DNA of 63,541 nt, counting the filler, from Lenisia limosa (taxonomy: Eukaryota > Protista > Breviatea), in NCBI GenBank assembly GCA_001655205.1. It is 9 parts of 9 records of this genome, joined end to end, with 100 filler letters (N's around TTAATTAATTAA, not from the genome) between each part and the next. Parts side by side here need not be neighbours in the genome. Positions count along the whole stretch, not along the records: positions 62,288 to 63,541 come from LPNZ01001840.1; 8 more parts are not named here. One strand, written 5' to 3'. The position numbers were made by a program, and so were the translations under genes. The stretch's first letter is position 1. Every line of letters starts with the position of its first letter. The notes under the pieces are model-generated. The model was given only the letters and a program-made list of their open reading frames with translations. It searched no databases and was not told where the DNA came from. Positions 63,214 to 63,541 of the stretch are shown piece by piece.

Positions 63214-63541
63214 TTTGCCAATTACGATTTAAAATAGACAGTTGACACAATGGATTTTTAAATTTCAAAGAATAATTGTGAAAAGTTCAGAAAAAGTCAA
63301 TTTGAAATTTGAAATGGGAACATCTGGTGTACAAACTGTTTATTTTTTAAAAAATGCACTATCTGATTGATATAATAAATGAATAGGACATATACATATA
63401 TATTTCGCATTTAATCCGCAATGAAATATTCCTTTCCGAACGCACCAGTATAGCATAGTATATAGAAAATATTAGAATCTCAAACAAGTATATAATATAC
63501 TATATATCATATATCATATCATATCGATATATGATATACTC

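Overview
Draft assembly of an intron-rich unicellular eukaryote using the standard genetic code. It is probably flagellated, since it encodes TMEM138 and a polycystin-1-like protein; I cannot name the taxon. The window is about nine contigs joined by artificial 100-bp spacers (N44-TTAATTAATTAA-N44), and many other N gaps sit at poly-G/poly-C runs. Confidently recognised genes: CCT8 (chaperonin theta), a GPS/GAIN polycystin-1-like membrane protein, TMEM138, a Nup50/Nup2-like FxFG nucleoporin with a RanBD, a signal-peptide RCC1-repeat protein, NAA30/Mak3 and a DUF1765-like protein. Weaker calls: a Sec6/EXOC3-like fragment, a secreted protein ending in an H-type-lectin-like domain, several hypothetical multi-exon genes, and pogo-like and hAT-like transposase relics. 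Top finding: the AT-rich CCT8 gene has eight 24-26-nt introns, four of which appear to end in TG rather than AG (GT...TTTTG). For three of them no AG acceptor restores the conserved protein. The well-resolved genes elsewhere (e.g. NAA30) have roughly 90-260-nt GT-AG introns. Introns in the window also carry a hAT-type MITE with 8-bp TSDs and two strand-biased, introner-like repeat families. All gene models were spliced by eye and family calls come from remembered motifs, not searches.
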